Shown here piece by piece: positions 45,777 through 56,192 of a stretch of DNA of 64,000 nt; position 1 is the first letter of the stretch; each line of letters begins with the position of its first letter. Made by a program: the position numbers and the translations under genes. The notes under the pieces were generated by a model, which made no database searches, was not told where the DNA came from, and worked only from the letters and a program-made list of their open reading frames with translations. This stretch comes from Candidatus Limnocylindrales bacterium (GTDB lineage Bacteria; Chloroflexota; Limnocylindria; Limnocylindrales; CSP1-4), in contig JBKKDM010000177.1 in NCBI GenBank assembly GCA_046707905.1, positions 11,570 through 75,569 on the forward strand. Direction: 5' to 3'.

Positions 45777-46168
45777 TCAGTTTGCGCGTGGCTCAACCTC
45801 AGGGTGGCCCTCGCACGGAAGCAGTTGCGGGTTCGCTTGACCCATGAGCGCAGGGTCGTCACCCGGCACGGCGGTGATGACCATCCGCTGAGGCCGTCCG
45901 GCGTCTCCCGCTCCGCTTGTGCCCGTGCCGAAGTAGAAGCCCTCTTCGGTGTGGACCTCCACCCGGTTAACGTGGGACTTATCTGCGACGGCCTGCCCGC
46001 AGGCGGGTACATCGAGCCTTCGCCCGTCCTGATCGAGGAGAAATACCGGGTCAAGAGTCCGGTTCCATACCTCCAACCCAAGATCAACGACTGCGGCGGG
46101 GCAACGACCTCTCCGATGGTGGTGCATCCACCAAGGGTCAAGGTGAGCAGGATCAGGAGCGCTCGCAT
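45777..46168 (-). pseudogene. Lipoprotein, frameshifted near 46100
   Basis: Signal MRALLILLTLTLGGC in one frame; globular body (VDLGLEVWNRTLDPV...) in another. Confidence 0.5.
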
Positions 46169-46292
46169 CCCGCGAGTCTACGTGCGCGTAACCCGCAGAT
46201 CAGCGGTGGGGTGAGAGGATTGCAAACCTCCCGAGTTCTTCCGCGCGAAATGAGCACGCCTATCCTCCAGGGGAGAATTGTTGCGATGCGAG

Positions 46293-46892
46293 CTAACCCG
46301 GCACCCTCTCTACCGCGGAGCCCGCACCGAGCATCGCGGCAGCCAGCCCGACATCGGACCGGAACCGCGCCCGCCTCTCCGGCACCCGGTTCAGGCTGGC
46401 GGGGTGATAGGTCGGCACAACCCATCGGTCCCCACACCGATGCGCGCGACCCCGCACCGCCTCAAGCATTGTTGACCGGCCCAGCAGCCGGGCAGCGGCA
46501 ACCTGTCCAAGCGTGAGTACAACCATCGGAAGGACGATGGCCAATTGCGCGTCGAGCCAGGGCTCGCACGCAATGACCTCTGCCGGGCGGGGCGGCCGAT
46601 CCTTGCCCGCCGCGCCCGTCGGGCGATGGAGCACCACATTCGTCACGTAGGCTTGCTCGCGCGACACGCCCGCCTCTTGGAGTGCGCGGTCGAGTGTCTG
46701 GCCCGACCGCCCTACGAACGGTCGCCCCGCTCCGGCCTCCGTTTGTCCGGGCGCCTCACCGAGAATCAACAACGCCGCTCGTGACGGCGGCTGGTTGAGC
46801 GATGGCCGCCCAGAGCCGGCGAGGGGGCATCTGTCGCATCCCGAGACCGCCTCCACAAGGGCGATCGCTTCACCTGCTCGACCGCGAACCAT
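46293..46892 (-). CDS. Family 4-type uracil-DNA glycosylase
   Basis: CDRCPL, GEAPG..E, PFVGRSG, TNVV..RP, ACEPWL, TYHPA. Confidence 0.9.
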   Translation of the reverse strand: MVRGRAGEAIALVEAVSGCDRCPLAGSGRPSLNQPPSRAALLILGEAPGQTEAGAGRPFVGRSGQTLDRALQEAGVSREQAYVTNVVLHRPTGAAGKDRPPRPAEVIACEPWLDAQLAIVLPMVVLTLGQVAAARLLGRSTMLEAVRGRAHRCGDRWVVPTYHPASLNRVPERRARFRSDVGLAAAMLGAGSAVERVPG

Positions 46893-46926
46893 CGCGCGAA
46901 CACTAAGCGAACCTGATTAGTCTTGG

Positions 46927-47133
46927 CTACCCACCCCTTCGGCGCTTGTACGGATCCTTCTTCCGCAGCGCCTCGTTCGCGAGATATGCGCGGACGGCGG
47001 CTTCGGTTGTAACCCAGTAGGAGCCAATCAGCCTGGCCTCGATCCTGCCGGTCCGAGCGAGGAGCCGGAGGTGCGAGGCGCTGATCCCGGTCTGTGCCGC
47101 CGCCTCGCGCAACGACAACAGGTCGTCCGCCAA
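46927..47133 (-). CDS. Excisionase-like HTH protein
   Basis: LLSLREAAAQTGISASHLRLLARTGRIEARLIG..WVTT. Confidence 0.75.
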   Translation of the reverse strand: MADDLLSLREAAAQTGISASHLRLLARTGRIEARLIGSYWVTTEAAVRAYLANEALRKKDPYKRRRGG

Positions 47134-47323
47134 GGCGGCCTCGGTACGGGGCTAGATGGGGCTGGAGTCTAGCGACCGGTACGACTGCCGCGCTCCGCTT
47201 GAGGCGTTCCTTGGGTTCCTCCCTTGGCGACGATCGCCTTCAGGACCCGTACGAAGGTACGGTGTCCGATGTGACCTCTGAGGCTTTGAGGACCCCACCA
47301 AACTGCACAAGACTGCCCTTCCC

Positions 47324-48457
47324 ATGACTGAATCAGGGCGCGACCTCGTCGACTGGCTCTACTACGGTGACAATCTCGAGGTCCTTTCGAGGTTCATCTC
47401 CGATGGGAGCGTCGATCTCGTGTACCTCGACCCACCTTTCAACAAGAACGCGGCCTACAGCGTCATCTTTCGCGACGAATCCGGGCGCACAAGCGACGCC
47501 CAGATCGCGACGCTCGACGACTACTGGCATTGGGGACCGACACCGTCCCGCCACTATGAGTACCTCACGAACTCCGCGGAACATCGCGGATCCGTGCCCC
47601 CCGCCCTCAGCGAGCTCATCGGGGCGCTCCATTCGGCGATCCGTCCCAGCCCGCTCCTTACGTACCTCGTCGAGATGGCAATTCGGCTCGTGGAGTTGCG
47701 TCGCGTTCTGAAATCGACCGGGTCGCTCTGGCTCCATTGCGACCCCACCGCGAGTCACTACTTGAAGCTCCTCCTCGACGCCATCTTCGGGGCCGAGCAG
47801 TTCCGGGCCGAGGTGATATGGCGACGTTCCGACGCCCACAACAATGTGGGCCAGGGTCAGCGCATCCTCGGCCGTGTCCATGACGTCCTTCTGTACTACT
47901 CGGTCTCCAATCGCTACACGTTCAACGTCACCTACACGTCGCTACCCGACTCGACCATTGCTACGTGGTACCGACACATCGAGCCGGATACCGGTCGCCG
48001 CTACAACCTGGCCGACATGACGGCGCCCGGCGGCGCTTCACCAGAGAAGCGCAATCCACATTACGAGTTCCTCGGCGTCATGCGGTACTGGCGATACAGC
48101 GAAACTCGTATGCAGGAGCTCTACGAGCAGGGCCGAGTCGTCCAGACAAAACCCGGCAACGTCCCGCAGCTGAAGCGGTACCTCGATGAGAGCAAAGGCG
48201 TCCCACTTCAGGACGTGTGGACCGATGTTCCGATGGTCCGTGGGCGCGGAACCGAGCGTCGAGGCTACCCGACACAGAAGCCCGTGGCGCTACTCGAGCG
48301 GATCATCAAGCTGGCCTCAAACCCGGGTGCAGGAGCCTCGGCTGAACGTCATCCGGGCCGCCCCGCTTGGCGAGTTCCATCCATTGGTCTTCGCGACGCG
48401 CGACTTCGTCCATCTACCTGCCACCCCGATGTCAACGTCGGTCTGCCCACCGCATAA
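47324..48457 (+). pseudogene. N6/N4 DNA methyltransferase (beta class), homology ends at ~48328 before motif I
   Basis: YYGDNL, YLDPPF, LKSTGSLWLHCD, YPTQKP.ALLERII..SNPG, then unrelated sequence with no DPFxGSG. Confidence 0.85.
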
Positions 48458-48726
48458 GTACGCGATAAGCGCGGCTCCATAGTCTGCCTCAGCCCCCGCG
48501 CCGCACGGCGCCTCGTCGTGACAGCAGGGACTAGCGGGCGACGGGGGCTCTCGACTCACACAGGCGATCCGCTGAGCGTCCTTTCGTCGTGCCAAGCAGG
48601 CGCAAGACAAGCGGCCGGTAAGCGGCAAGGCGTGGCGTCTTCGAGGGCAGGAGTAACGTAGATGGGGCTTCTGGGCTTGCCAAAGACGACCGGCCGCCTC
48701 GAGCGGCAGCTCACACGGGGGCGCGC

Positions 48727-49626
48727 ATGGCTGAAGGCGGCATAGGTGTGCTCGGCCGGTACAAGCTTGTCTTGGGAGCGGCCGTCATCTCGCTGGCCGG
48801 GGTCGCCGTCGCGCTCGTCTCGACCCCGCCCAGGCCATCCGTCAGCCCGACAGTGAGGCAAACCATCGCGCCCGGCGCGGTGTGGCCAGAGGGCTTCGTC
48901 GTCCGTCCGGGCGATCGGGCGGTCGGCGTCGGTCAGCTCGTGGCGCGAAACGGCGAGGCGACACTCCTCTGTACCGGACTCGATGGGCTGCTCGATAAGG
49001 CGGGTGCCCAATACAGATGCTCCCAACTGAGTGTTGAGGTTCGAGGCGTTGACCTCCCGACGATCGGGCAGGTTCGGAAGCTCGCGGGAGCCAGCATCAT
49101 CGACGATGTCGTCCTCCACGGGATCTGGAATGGTCAATCTCTCACCGTTGACGCGGTTGGCGGGGTGGCAGTCAGACTCCCGGCATCTCCATCGTTGAGC
49201 TGTGAATTTGAGGTGCCTGGGGCGGCGAGCGAGGACCCTTGGGCTGGTGACACGGAGGCGGCCTACCAACGCCTCAAAGCCGAGGTCGATGCGAATCCGA
49301 CGGCCTATGCGGGCATTTGGGTCGCGAATGGGCCGCAGCGTGCAATCGTCGTGGCGACGACGCAAGACCTGGTGTCTACGGGCGTCGCGCTCCGTCGACT
49401 ATTCCCGTTCGCACTTTGCGTGGTGAGAGTGAGGTTCTCGATGGCTGAGCTGTCCTCTGTGGCCGAAAACTTGCCCCGGCCTGCCGGAGCTTGGTGGAGG
49501 GTCGAAATCGATGTATCCCGCAACCGAGCCTTGGTCCGCGTGCCCGTTCTCACGGACGAGGTCGTCCGCGCCCTTGTGGACCAGCCGGCGGTCGAAGTCC
49601 TGCCGATATTGATGTTGGAGCCCTAG
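48727..49626 (+). CDS. Membrane-anchored/secreted hypothetical protein
   Basis: N-terminal TM; upstream of the S1 protease. Confidence 0.6.
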   Translation: MAEGGIGVLGRYKLVLGAAVISLAGVAVALVSTPPRPSVSPTVRQTIAPGAVWPEGFVVRPGDRAVGVGQLVARNGEATLLCTGLDGLLDKAGAQYRCSQLSVEVRGVDLPTIGQVRKLAGASIIDDVVLHGIWNGQSLTVDAVGGVAVRLPASPSLSCEFEVPGAASEDPWAGDTEAAYQRLKAEVDANPTAYAGIWVANGPQRAIVVATTQDLVSTGVALRRLFPFALCVVRVRFSMAELSSVAENLPRPAGAWWRVEIDVSRNRALVRVPVLTDEVVRALVDQPAVEVLPILMLEP

Positions 49627-49689
49627 AAGAGGTGCTGTTCGTCCGACGCGCACACGCCAAACACGTGGTACGTCTCTTAGGAGGGGGTC

Positions 49690-50883
49690 ATGCGACGGAT
49701 TTATGCCTTGGTCAGCGCAACCCTAGTAGCGATCGCGGTTGGAATTGGTGGGCAGTCGCAGGCAGCGCTCGCAGCCGGCGATAACTGGATCGACACCGTC
49801 GATGAGGAGAGGCAGCTCGTGGAATTCCAGGCGAAGGCCGAGGCCGCAGGTGCCCTCGGCTTCTATCACGACGAAGAGACAGCGTCCCTCGTGGTTCTCG
49901 TACCTCCTACCAAGAGGGCCACATTTGAGGTTAGGGCTCTCGGTCCCTCGCCAGTCCGCGTGGTAGTCAAGATCTCGAAGGTAGAGTCTGCTGACCTTCA
50001 GTTGGCCAGAGACCGGCTGGACACGTTTGCTCGAGGCCTCACGCGGGGAGAGTCCTTATCATCTTGGTTCAACCCTCGTTCCGAGCGGCTTGAGGTATCC
50101 GGGTCCGCGGCCCAGGACGATGTTCTAGATTCGATGGGAAGTTCCCGAGCGCTCGTCAGCTACAGCCCGGCGACTGTGGTTCAGGAAAGCCGTTTCAACG
50201 ACTTTTCCCCATTCTGGGGTGGCTCAGCGCTCAAATACCAGGGCCTAACCAGCGAGATCTTCGACTGCACGTCGGGTTTCGCAATGACAAACGGCAGCAC
50301 CGAGGCTTTGGTGACTGCAGCGCACTGCGGCCCTGTCAACTACACCGTCCTTTCACCGGATGCCAATCGTGTGATCGGCACGACTCTGCAGGGAGGGCGT
50401 TGGTGCCCAACTGATCCCAATGGTCCGCCGAGTAACAATGCCGACGTGCAGCTCATTACGGGCAAGAACTATGACAACACCATCTATATTGGCAATAAGA
50501 CCGGTGGGCCTGGGATAGTGAGCCTCGGGGCAGGCGACCCCGCTGTCGGTGCCACCTACGCCGTAAGTGGCGCAAAGACATATGAGCATACCGGGATCAA
50601 GGTGTTGAGCCTAACTGGGCAAATCAATAACGACGCCTGCGGCGTCCCAGGTAGCCTGTCGACCTTGATTGTCTATGCGTACGTCCAAGGCAACGAGTCG
50701 TACTGTCCAACTCAAGGCGGCGATTCAGGGGCGCCGTTTTACTATCGAGACAACCTCACTCCGACGCATGTTGGCATTCGCGGTATGCACATTGGCCGGT
50801 CAACGGCGACCAACTCGGTTTGCTTCGCGATGCGGTACAACAAGATCGCTGGCGTGAGCGGACGGTGGGCGTTGACCAACTAG
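49690..50883 (+). CDS. Secreted S1 (chymotrypsin-like) serine protease with prodomain
   Basis: Signal peptide; CTSGF, VTAAHC, AD, GDSGAP. Confidence 0.9.
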   Translation: MRRIYALVSATLVAIAVGIGGQSQAALAAGDNWIDTVDEERQLVEFQAKAEAAGALGFYHDEETASLVVLVPPTKRATFEVRALGPSPVRVVVKISKVESADLQLARDRLDTFARGLTRGESLSSWFNPRSERLEVSGSAAQDDVLDSMGSSRALVSYSPATVVQESRFNDFSPFWGGSALKYQGLTSEIFDCTSGFAMTNGSTEALVTAAHCGPVNYTVLSPDANRVIGTTLQGGRWCPTDPNGPPSNNADVQLITGKNYDNTIYIGNKTGGPGIVSLGAGDPAVGATYAVSGAKTYEHTGIKVLSLTGQINNDACGVPGSLSTLIVYAYVQGNESYCPTQGGDSGAPFYYRDNLTPTHVGIRGMHIGRSTATNSVCFAMRYNKIAGVSGRWALTN

Positions 50884-50917
50884 TCGTTGGCGATACGGCC
50901 ATTATTTGCGCCAGAGT

Positions 50918-50950
50918 GGCGGGGCGAGGCCCGATGGCTCGCCCCGCCTT
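50918..50950 (+). terminator. GC-rich hairpin after the protease gene
   Basis: GGCGGGGCGAG / CTCGCCCCGCC 11-bp stem with a 9-nt loop; weak U tract. Confidence 0.55.
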
Positions 50951-51889
50951 AACGACCTTTGTCGTCCAGCACCTGCTCGGACTTTCGCGGACGAGGAGCA
51001 GGGGCAAAGGTCACCCGGGAACACATGCCCGCTCACCTTCCTCCCTGGTCGCGAACGGGCCAGCGACATACTCGTACACGCAGGCGCGACCCTCAATCAC
51101 CAACCAGCCGCCAGACCGGACACCCTCGTTCCTGTTGTGCCCGTCGGGAGCGTGCCACCGCACGCCCGCGAGGAAGATCACCCGGCGCGTCCAACCGCCA
51201 CCGGGTGGACGTTCGCCATGTGCCACGCGAAGCCCGTGCGCGTCTGAAACTTCCGGCCACAGTGAGCGGCCGAAACTTCAGTCTTTGGGAGAACTGGAAC
51301 CCGGGGGACTGGCGCGAACCGCCAGCCTCGCGGTGCAGAGGCTGGCGTAGGTTCCGGCTTGGGCGCAGGGATCGTGTCGGCAAGTTCCGGTCGGCCTGCG
51401 GATCGAAAAAGTTGCGGACGTCGATGCTGCGCACCTTCGGAAGCCGGTGCTTTGAAACGGGACCCGTCATTAGTTCTCCATCGGCGGTGCGGGGAATGAA
51501 GATGTCGATACGACCAGGCATCGGGGAAGTTCCTGCGCGGGCAGGCTTCGAGTGAGTGCTCAACGCACGAAAGGTGAGGCGACGGGAGCGGGCCGCGGCG
51601 CGTGCTTGGCGCACCAGAGGTACTGTCGGCTCATCGGGACGCCACGCGATCCATGAATCGGCCGAAGTCGAAGCGCGGATTGTCGGCGGCGAACACGCGG
51701 CCAACGGCACGCTCCATCTCAGATAGCGAAACCTCGAGGGTGGTCACGCCACCGTTTGCGCTGATACCCGCGAGCCCCTTCGGAGACTCGGCCATTGCGA
51801 TCAGTTGCCGATGCGTCTCACGCAGCTCGTCGGCCATCGCGATGTAGCGCTTGCGGGTCTTCGGGTCCTCGGTGGTTGCCCAACCTACC

Positions 51890-52163
51890 CCCTGCGATGA
51901 GGAGGCGGCCATCGGCGGCGAAGGCGTGGTGGCTGCAGAAGACGTCGCTGTCAGGCGAGTCGATGGTCGCGGCGACGATCGCGTGGCCCTGAACGTCCGT
52001 AGACGCGGGTCTTCTTCCAGCGATCGCCGCCAGCGGATTCCTGTTGCGCGCTCCAATGCTCATCCCCGCCGAAGAGCACGACCTCGCCTTGGGGCCCCGA
52101 GGGGACCAGGGCAGCGTGGACTGCGAGGATCTCGGAGTTGACGGCGACGCCATTCCAGGGCAT
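51890..52163 (-). pseudogene. Galactose/glyoxal oxidase-like (copper radical oxidase) N-terminal relic
   Basis: LAVHAAL..GEVVLFGG, and after a frameshift DVFCSHHAFAADGRLLIAGG. Confidence 0.6.
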
Positions 52164-52393
52164 GTCCGCCTCGGCAATCCGCCGGCCCACGGGTGACTCT
52201 CGCAGGCGCAGCTACCTGGAACGGAGAGAACCCCACTTGGCCGCCGGAGTCCACTGGGAAGAACCCTAAGTCCAGCGTCGCAGCGGCCTGATTCTCCGAC
52301 CCGCCTTCCCGCGCGAAGCAAGAGTTCATGAACGGCTTGTTTCCGGGCCCACTCTGTCAATGGCGCTTGGCGCCCGAGTTGACCAACACGCGG

Positions 52394-52929
52394 TCAGCTT
52401 GGGCTCGTTGTCAGGCCCAGGACGGAAGCCTCGACCTCGTCGCACTCACAGCGCTGCCAGCGGCTGCCGGTTCCAGTTCCGCTTCCTCCGGGCCCTGCCC
52501 AGATCAGCCACAGCTCGACCGTGAGCGGCTCACGCATCGGCTGCCCTGACGCCGACTGCAACTCCACTATAAGGACGCCGCCATCTTCAGCGAGCGGCTC
52601 ACCAGCGCCGGCAGGTATGGGTACCGTGTAAGAGCCTCGGCTATCGATTGGATAGGGACTGATGCTCCCGAGAAACAATGATTGGCCGCTCGCGAGTTGA
52701 AGAGTCAGGTCGATTGCCCAAGCCTGCCGCATCGGATTGCTGGAGGTCCTCACACGCACGGTGATGACATCCCGTGCCTCACCTGCCGGCACATCTATGC
52801 GAGCAACTGGTGACGATGCTGACAGCGTCGTAGCGCCCCCCGTAACGCCAGGGCTTGCCGTCGGCTCAACGGCGCACCCAACGAGGAGAAAGCCGAGCGC
52901 GAGGACGATTGCTAAGCAGCGAGCTTCAC
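52394..52929 (-). pseudogene. Lipoprotein with disrupted 5' end
   Basis: LAIVLALGFLLVGC lipobox lacks an in-frame start; one added base gives MKLAALAIV from GTG 52929. Confidence 0.45.
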
Positions 52930-53490
52930 GGTCGATGTGAGGACTCTGATCTCGCTCGCTGCGATTGACAAGGCACCGATCTCGACGTTGCGATCGGAGG
53001 GCGGGACGATCTGTAGGGTGATTCGGATGCGATCGCTCGAGTTTTCCAGCCTCTCCAATTTGGCGGTGAAATCGAGGTCAAATCGAAGCGGGTTCTCCCG
53101 ATCGATTGGGCAGATCAGCACGCCTTCGGGCCCGTCAACCTCGCAGAAGAAGGCGAGCGACCCGAGAAATGAAGGCTCATCGGGCGAGACGTCGACCGGA
53201 GCGAGGTCGCGATTGAGCAGTAGGTACAGGTCGAAGTCGTGGGTTCGGTCAAGGCCGACGACGTCGAGGCTCAGAACGACCCTTCGGTCGCTCGTCTCGA
53301 GCAGGACTTTGCGAACTTCATCGCCAGTCGTGTCAAACACGAGCGTTCCGGGCGCGTCAAGAAGGGCTTCGGCACCCTCTGGCGCCGGGAACGACTGCAC
53401 GAGCTCGAGGCGAGTCTCTGCACCGGCTTCGAGGAAGGCTTGGAGCGCCTTTGCCTCTTCTTCCGTCTTGGGTTCGCTAAAGCCAGCCAT
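52912..53490 (-). CDS. Tyrosinase/PPO-associated C-terminal-type beta domain, encoded separately
   Basis: FDLYLLLN.......PSFLGSLAFF pattern; in frame with the tyrosinase, one codon after its TAG. Confidence 0.6.
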   Translation of the reverse strand: MAGFSEPKTEEEAKALQAFLEAGAETRLELVQSFPAPEGAEALLDAPGTLVFDTTGDEVRKVLLETSDRRVVLSLDVVGLDRTHDFDLYLLLNRDLAPVDVSPDEPSFLGSLAFFCEVDGPEGVLICPIDRENPLRFDLDFTAKLERLENSSDRIRITLQIVPPSDRNVEIGALSIAASEIRVLTSTVKLAA

Positions 53491-53493
53491 CTG

Positions 53494-54435
53494 CTACGGC
53501 ACCCCCAGGACCGGATCGTCAAAACGATAGTTGAAGAACGGATAGAGGATTGTGTCGCGGACTCGAACGGTGACGGGATTTCCCGCTCGATCGCAGAATT
53601 CGGTGAACTGCCGGTCCAGCCAGTCGGAGCTGTTGGTGTTCGGGTTGCCGCGGCGGATATTCCACTCGACCCAGATGGCTTCGATCATGTTGTGATGGGT
53701 CCAGAAGACGGGGTCCAGCGGCGACATGAAGGTCACCATGTTGCCAAGAACGAATGTATGCACGCGATTGTGCGGGCCACCTTCGAGTTGCCCACCCGAA
53801 GCGGCTTGGCGCTGGCTACCGCTGAGGGGAATCTGCCCACTCGCGAAGAGCAGGAAGTTCGGCTGGATGAGGATGTTTTCGATGGCGGGCGGTCCGAAGA
53901 CGGTCGACGGGAGTGCGCTCGTGGCGGTCGAAACACGCGTGCCGTCGAAGAGCGTGCTAGCCGGGTCCCAGAAGACGGGTGGCATCGTGAGGTTGTCCTG
54001 CCAGTTCCAGTACGGCAACGCGAAGTCAGCCATGCCCGAGAGCTCGCGACAGATCTCCTCGAAGTAGTACAGATAGGCACGGTGCCAGGGGAGGAAGAGC
54101 CAATTCCCGTGCGGACAGAAGTTCAGGTGGATTTCGGCTTGGCGGGTCCAGTTGCGTCGATCCGAGGCCGGCAGGGCCTTCATCGCGGACACTGCGGTCC
54201 GGTAGGCGTCGAGAATCGGGTCTGTGGCAGCCAAGGTGTTGACGCCGCGACGAAGGGGCCGATTGGCAATCCTGTTCAGCAGGTCGCCAATCTGCTCGGG
54301 AGTGCAGGACGCCAGAACGACTGCCAGACCCGAGAGGACCGCGGCTTGCAGGAATGCGCGCCGGGAGAAGCCAACGTCTATCCAAACTCGGTCGTTGACC
54401 GGCGGGAGCAGCGCTTCGAGCGTGCTCGTATCCAT
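53494..54435 (-). CDS. Tat-exported tyrosinase (type-3 copper)
   Basis: SRRAFLQ Tat motif plus LASC; CuA H..CPHGNWLFLPWHRAYL; CuB HNRVH..MSPLDPVFWTHH. Confidence 0.92.
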   Translation of the reverse strand: MDTSTLEALLPPVNDRVWIDVGFSRRAFLQAAVLSGLAVVLASCTPEQIGDLLNRIANRPLRRGVNTLAATDPILDAYRTAVSAMKALPASDRRNWTRQAEIHLNFCPHGNWLFLPWHRAYLYYFEEICRELSGMADFALPYWNWQDNLTMPPVFWDPASTLFDGTRVSTATSALPSTVFGPPAIENILIQPNFLLFASGQIPLSGSQRQAASGGQLEGGPHNRVHTFVLGNMVTFMSPLDPVFWTHHNMIEAIWVEWNIRRGNPNTNSSDWLDRQFTEFCDRAGNPVTVRVRDTILYPFFNYRFDDPVLGVP

Positions 54436-54575
54436 TTTCCGAATGTAGACCCCCGTGTTGCACGAGCCAACTAGGGAGATCCCTTAGAAGGGACGCCTCT
54501 CGACCCGGGAGGCGTGCACCGCGCGCCCAACGCGCTGGTGGCCGAAGACGTTTGTTTGGAGCGCGCGCGAGACCT

Positions 54576-55800
54576 TTATCCCGCTCTGCATCGCTCGCGC
54601 TCGCGCCTCTTGCGGAGGACGTCACCGCACCCACCATGGGCGGCGTTCCGAGTCGACCCGCGCCTCGTGTTGAGCACCGGCCCTTCACACCGGGGGCAGA
54701 CGCCAACTCCGAACTCGAGCCACTGTTCGACGTGCTCGAGGAGTTGGAGGTACATCACCTCGACGAGGGGAAAGGACATTCCATCGGGTTTGCGGGACTC
54801 CAAACTTGTCGAGTCCAACACCAAGGGAAGTCCAGGAGAGTTGGCTCAGAAAAGTGGCAAGGGCTAGGCGACCGGCCTGACGCCAGTCGACTGACGACGG
54901 GTGTTCCTTCATCGGGTTCCAAGCACCGCTGGTCGGCCGCCCCCGGCTCGCATCCTGCCAGTACAAGCCGACTGGATCCCGTGTAGTGGGTTCTTCGGTT
55001 GAATACATGGAGACACCGGGAAGCCGGGCAATGGCGTTCCTGATCCGATGCGGATCGAAGGTTTTCGCCGATAAGGCGCGCACCAAATCGAGGATCCGTA
55101 GCAAGTCGTCCTGCTCATGCCAGAGTGGACCGCCCGGAACAGGACCGAGGAAATCTTGGGGCAAGCTGTCGTCACCGAGGTGGACGCGCTTGTCCCAGGC
55201 GAGCGTCGGATAACGCCGAATCTCGGTCACCTCGGGGAGCGAAGAGCCCGGTCCGAGAAACTTCACCTGCCAATCTCGACGTCTGCGTAGGCCGACCTGC
55301 CGGGAGGCCAGCGTCGCCTCCGATGCCGTCTTGCCCAATGCAAGCAAGGTCCGTTCGAGTTCCAACTTCGCGACCTTCGCCTCCGCTCGCTCCGCCGCCG
55401 AATTGTTCAGCTGCATCGTCCGGGGCCAGTCGAAGCCCATCGGCCCGAAGGTCTGGACGAACGTCACGAGCGGCTTCAGAGCGGCGAGCCAGCGACGGGA
55501 TTCACGAGCGGGATCACGTGCCAAGATCGCGTCGCGTTCGCTCTCAGGGAGCGCGAGCCAGGCCGCTCGTCCTGCGGCGAGATCTCTGTAAATGCAGGCG
55601 ATCGGCAGGGCGCCAAAGGCCTCGAGAGCAGATCGCCCATACGAGTCGCGCCGCCAGCGGCCGGCAACGTCTCGAAGCGGTTGCCTTTCGCCGACCCGGT
55701 AGTAAAACGTCACGCCGCCGGTCATCCCCACGGCCAATCGCTCCACGGTCCACCAGGAAAAGGGCGCTGACGCCCGAGCGACTCCTGATGTCACGGGTTC
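54576..55800 (-). pseudogene. Hypothetical protein with C-terminal Cys/His Zn-binding segment (CGNR-like), frameshifted near 54790
   Basis: Long ORF ending near WNVLS, then LVEVMYLQL...CPRCEGP...HGGC in another frame. Start uncertain. Confidence 0.4.
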
Positions 55801-56192
55801 TGGCCACGAAGTCGGGGACGCATGGGGCAAAGAAAAGCGACACCGTTGGTCAACGGCTTCGCTGAGGCCATCAGCAGAGCCGGTTGCCGGTAGCAGTCCC
55901 CGCACAGGTGTCCTGGTCAGCCAGATCGGAGTACTCCTGTGCGGGGCCTTTCGTCCGATCTCGACGCACTGACCGCGAATGTCGTTCGAGGATCCCGACC
56001 CTGCTGGGGCAGATTGAAGAGGGTTCGACTCTCTGGCCAACGGGTGACCTGAGGGTTCTCCCCAATTGCTTCCGGGCCTGCCGCGTCTTAGCGTCCGAGG
56101 CTCTAGGGCTTGGGCCACCGAACGTCCTCACGGCGTGACGGCTGCGACGTGTCGAAGGGACGGCAACGTCCGAGACCAGGAGGAGAACTAAG

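Noticed and set aside
48444-48471. dif/Xer-like site (CGCATAA plus 6-bp spacer)
   Set aside because: The second arm does not resemble the TTATG XerD arm.
38200-48700. CRISPR array or cas operon associated with cas1
   Set aside because: No regularly spaced 25-45 bp repeats and no cas2 or effector genes seen here or elsewhere in the window.
51093-51710. 205-aa minus-strand ORF
   Set aside because: No recognisable motif, RBS or clear start; may be a fragment.
38669-53496. Amber (TAG) recoding suggested by in-frame TAGs in cas1 and tyrosinase
   Set aside because: TAG is the normal terminator of many clearly complete genes here (e.g. 12473, 13012, 21899, 50883, 56954); no suppressor machinery in the window.
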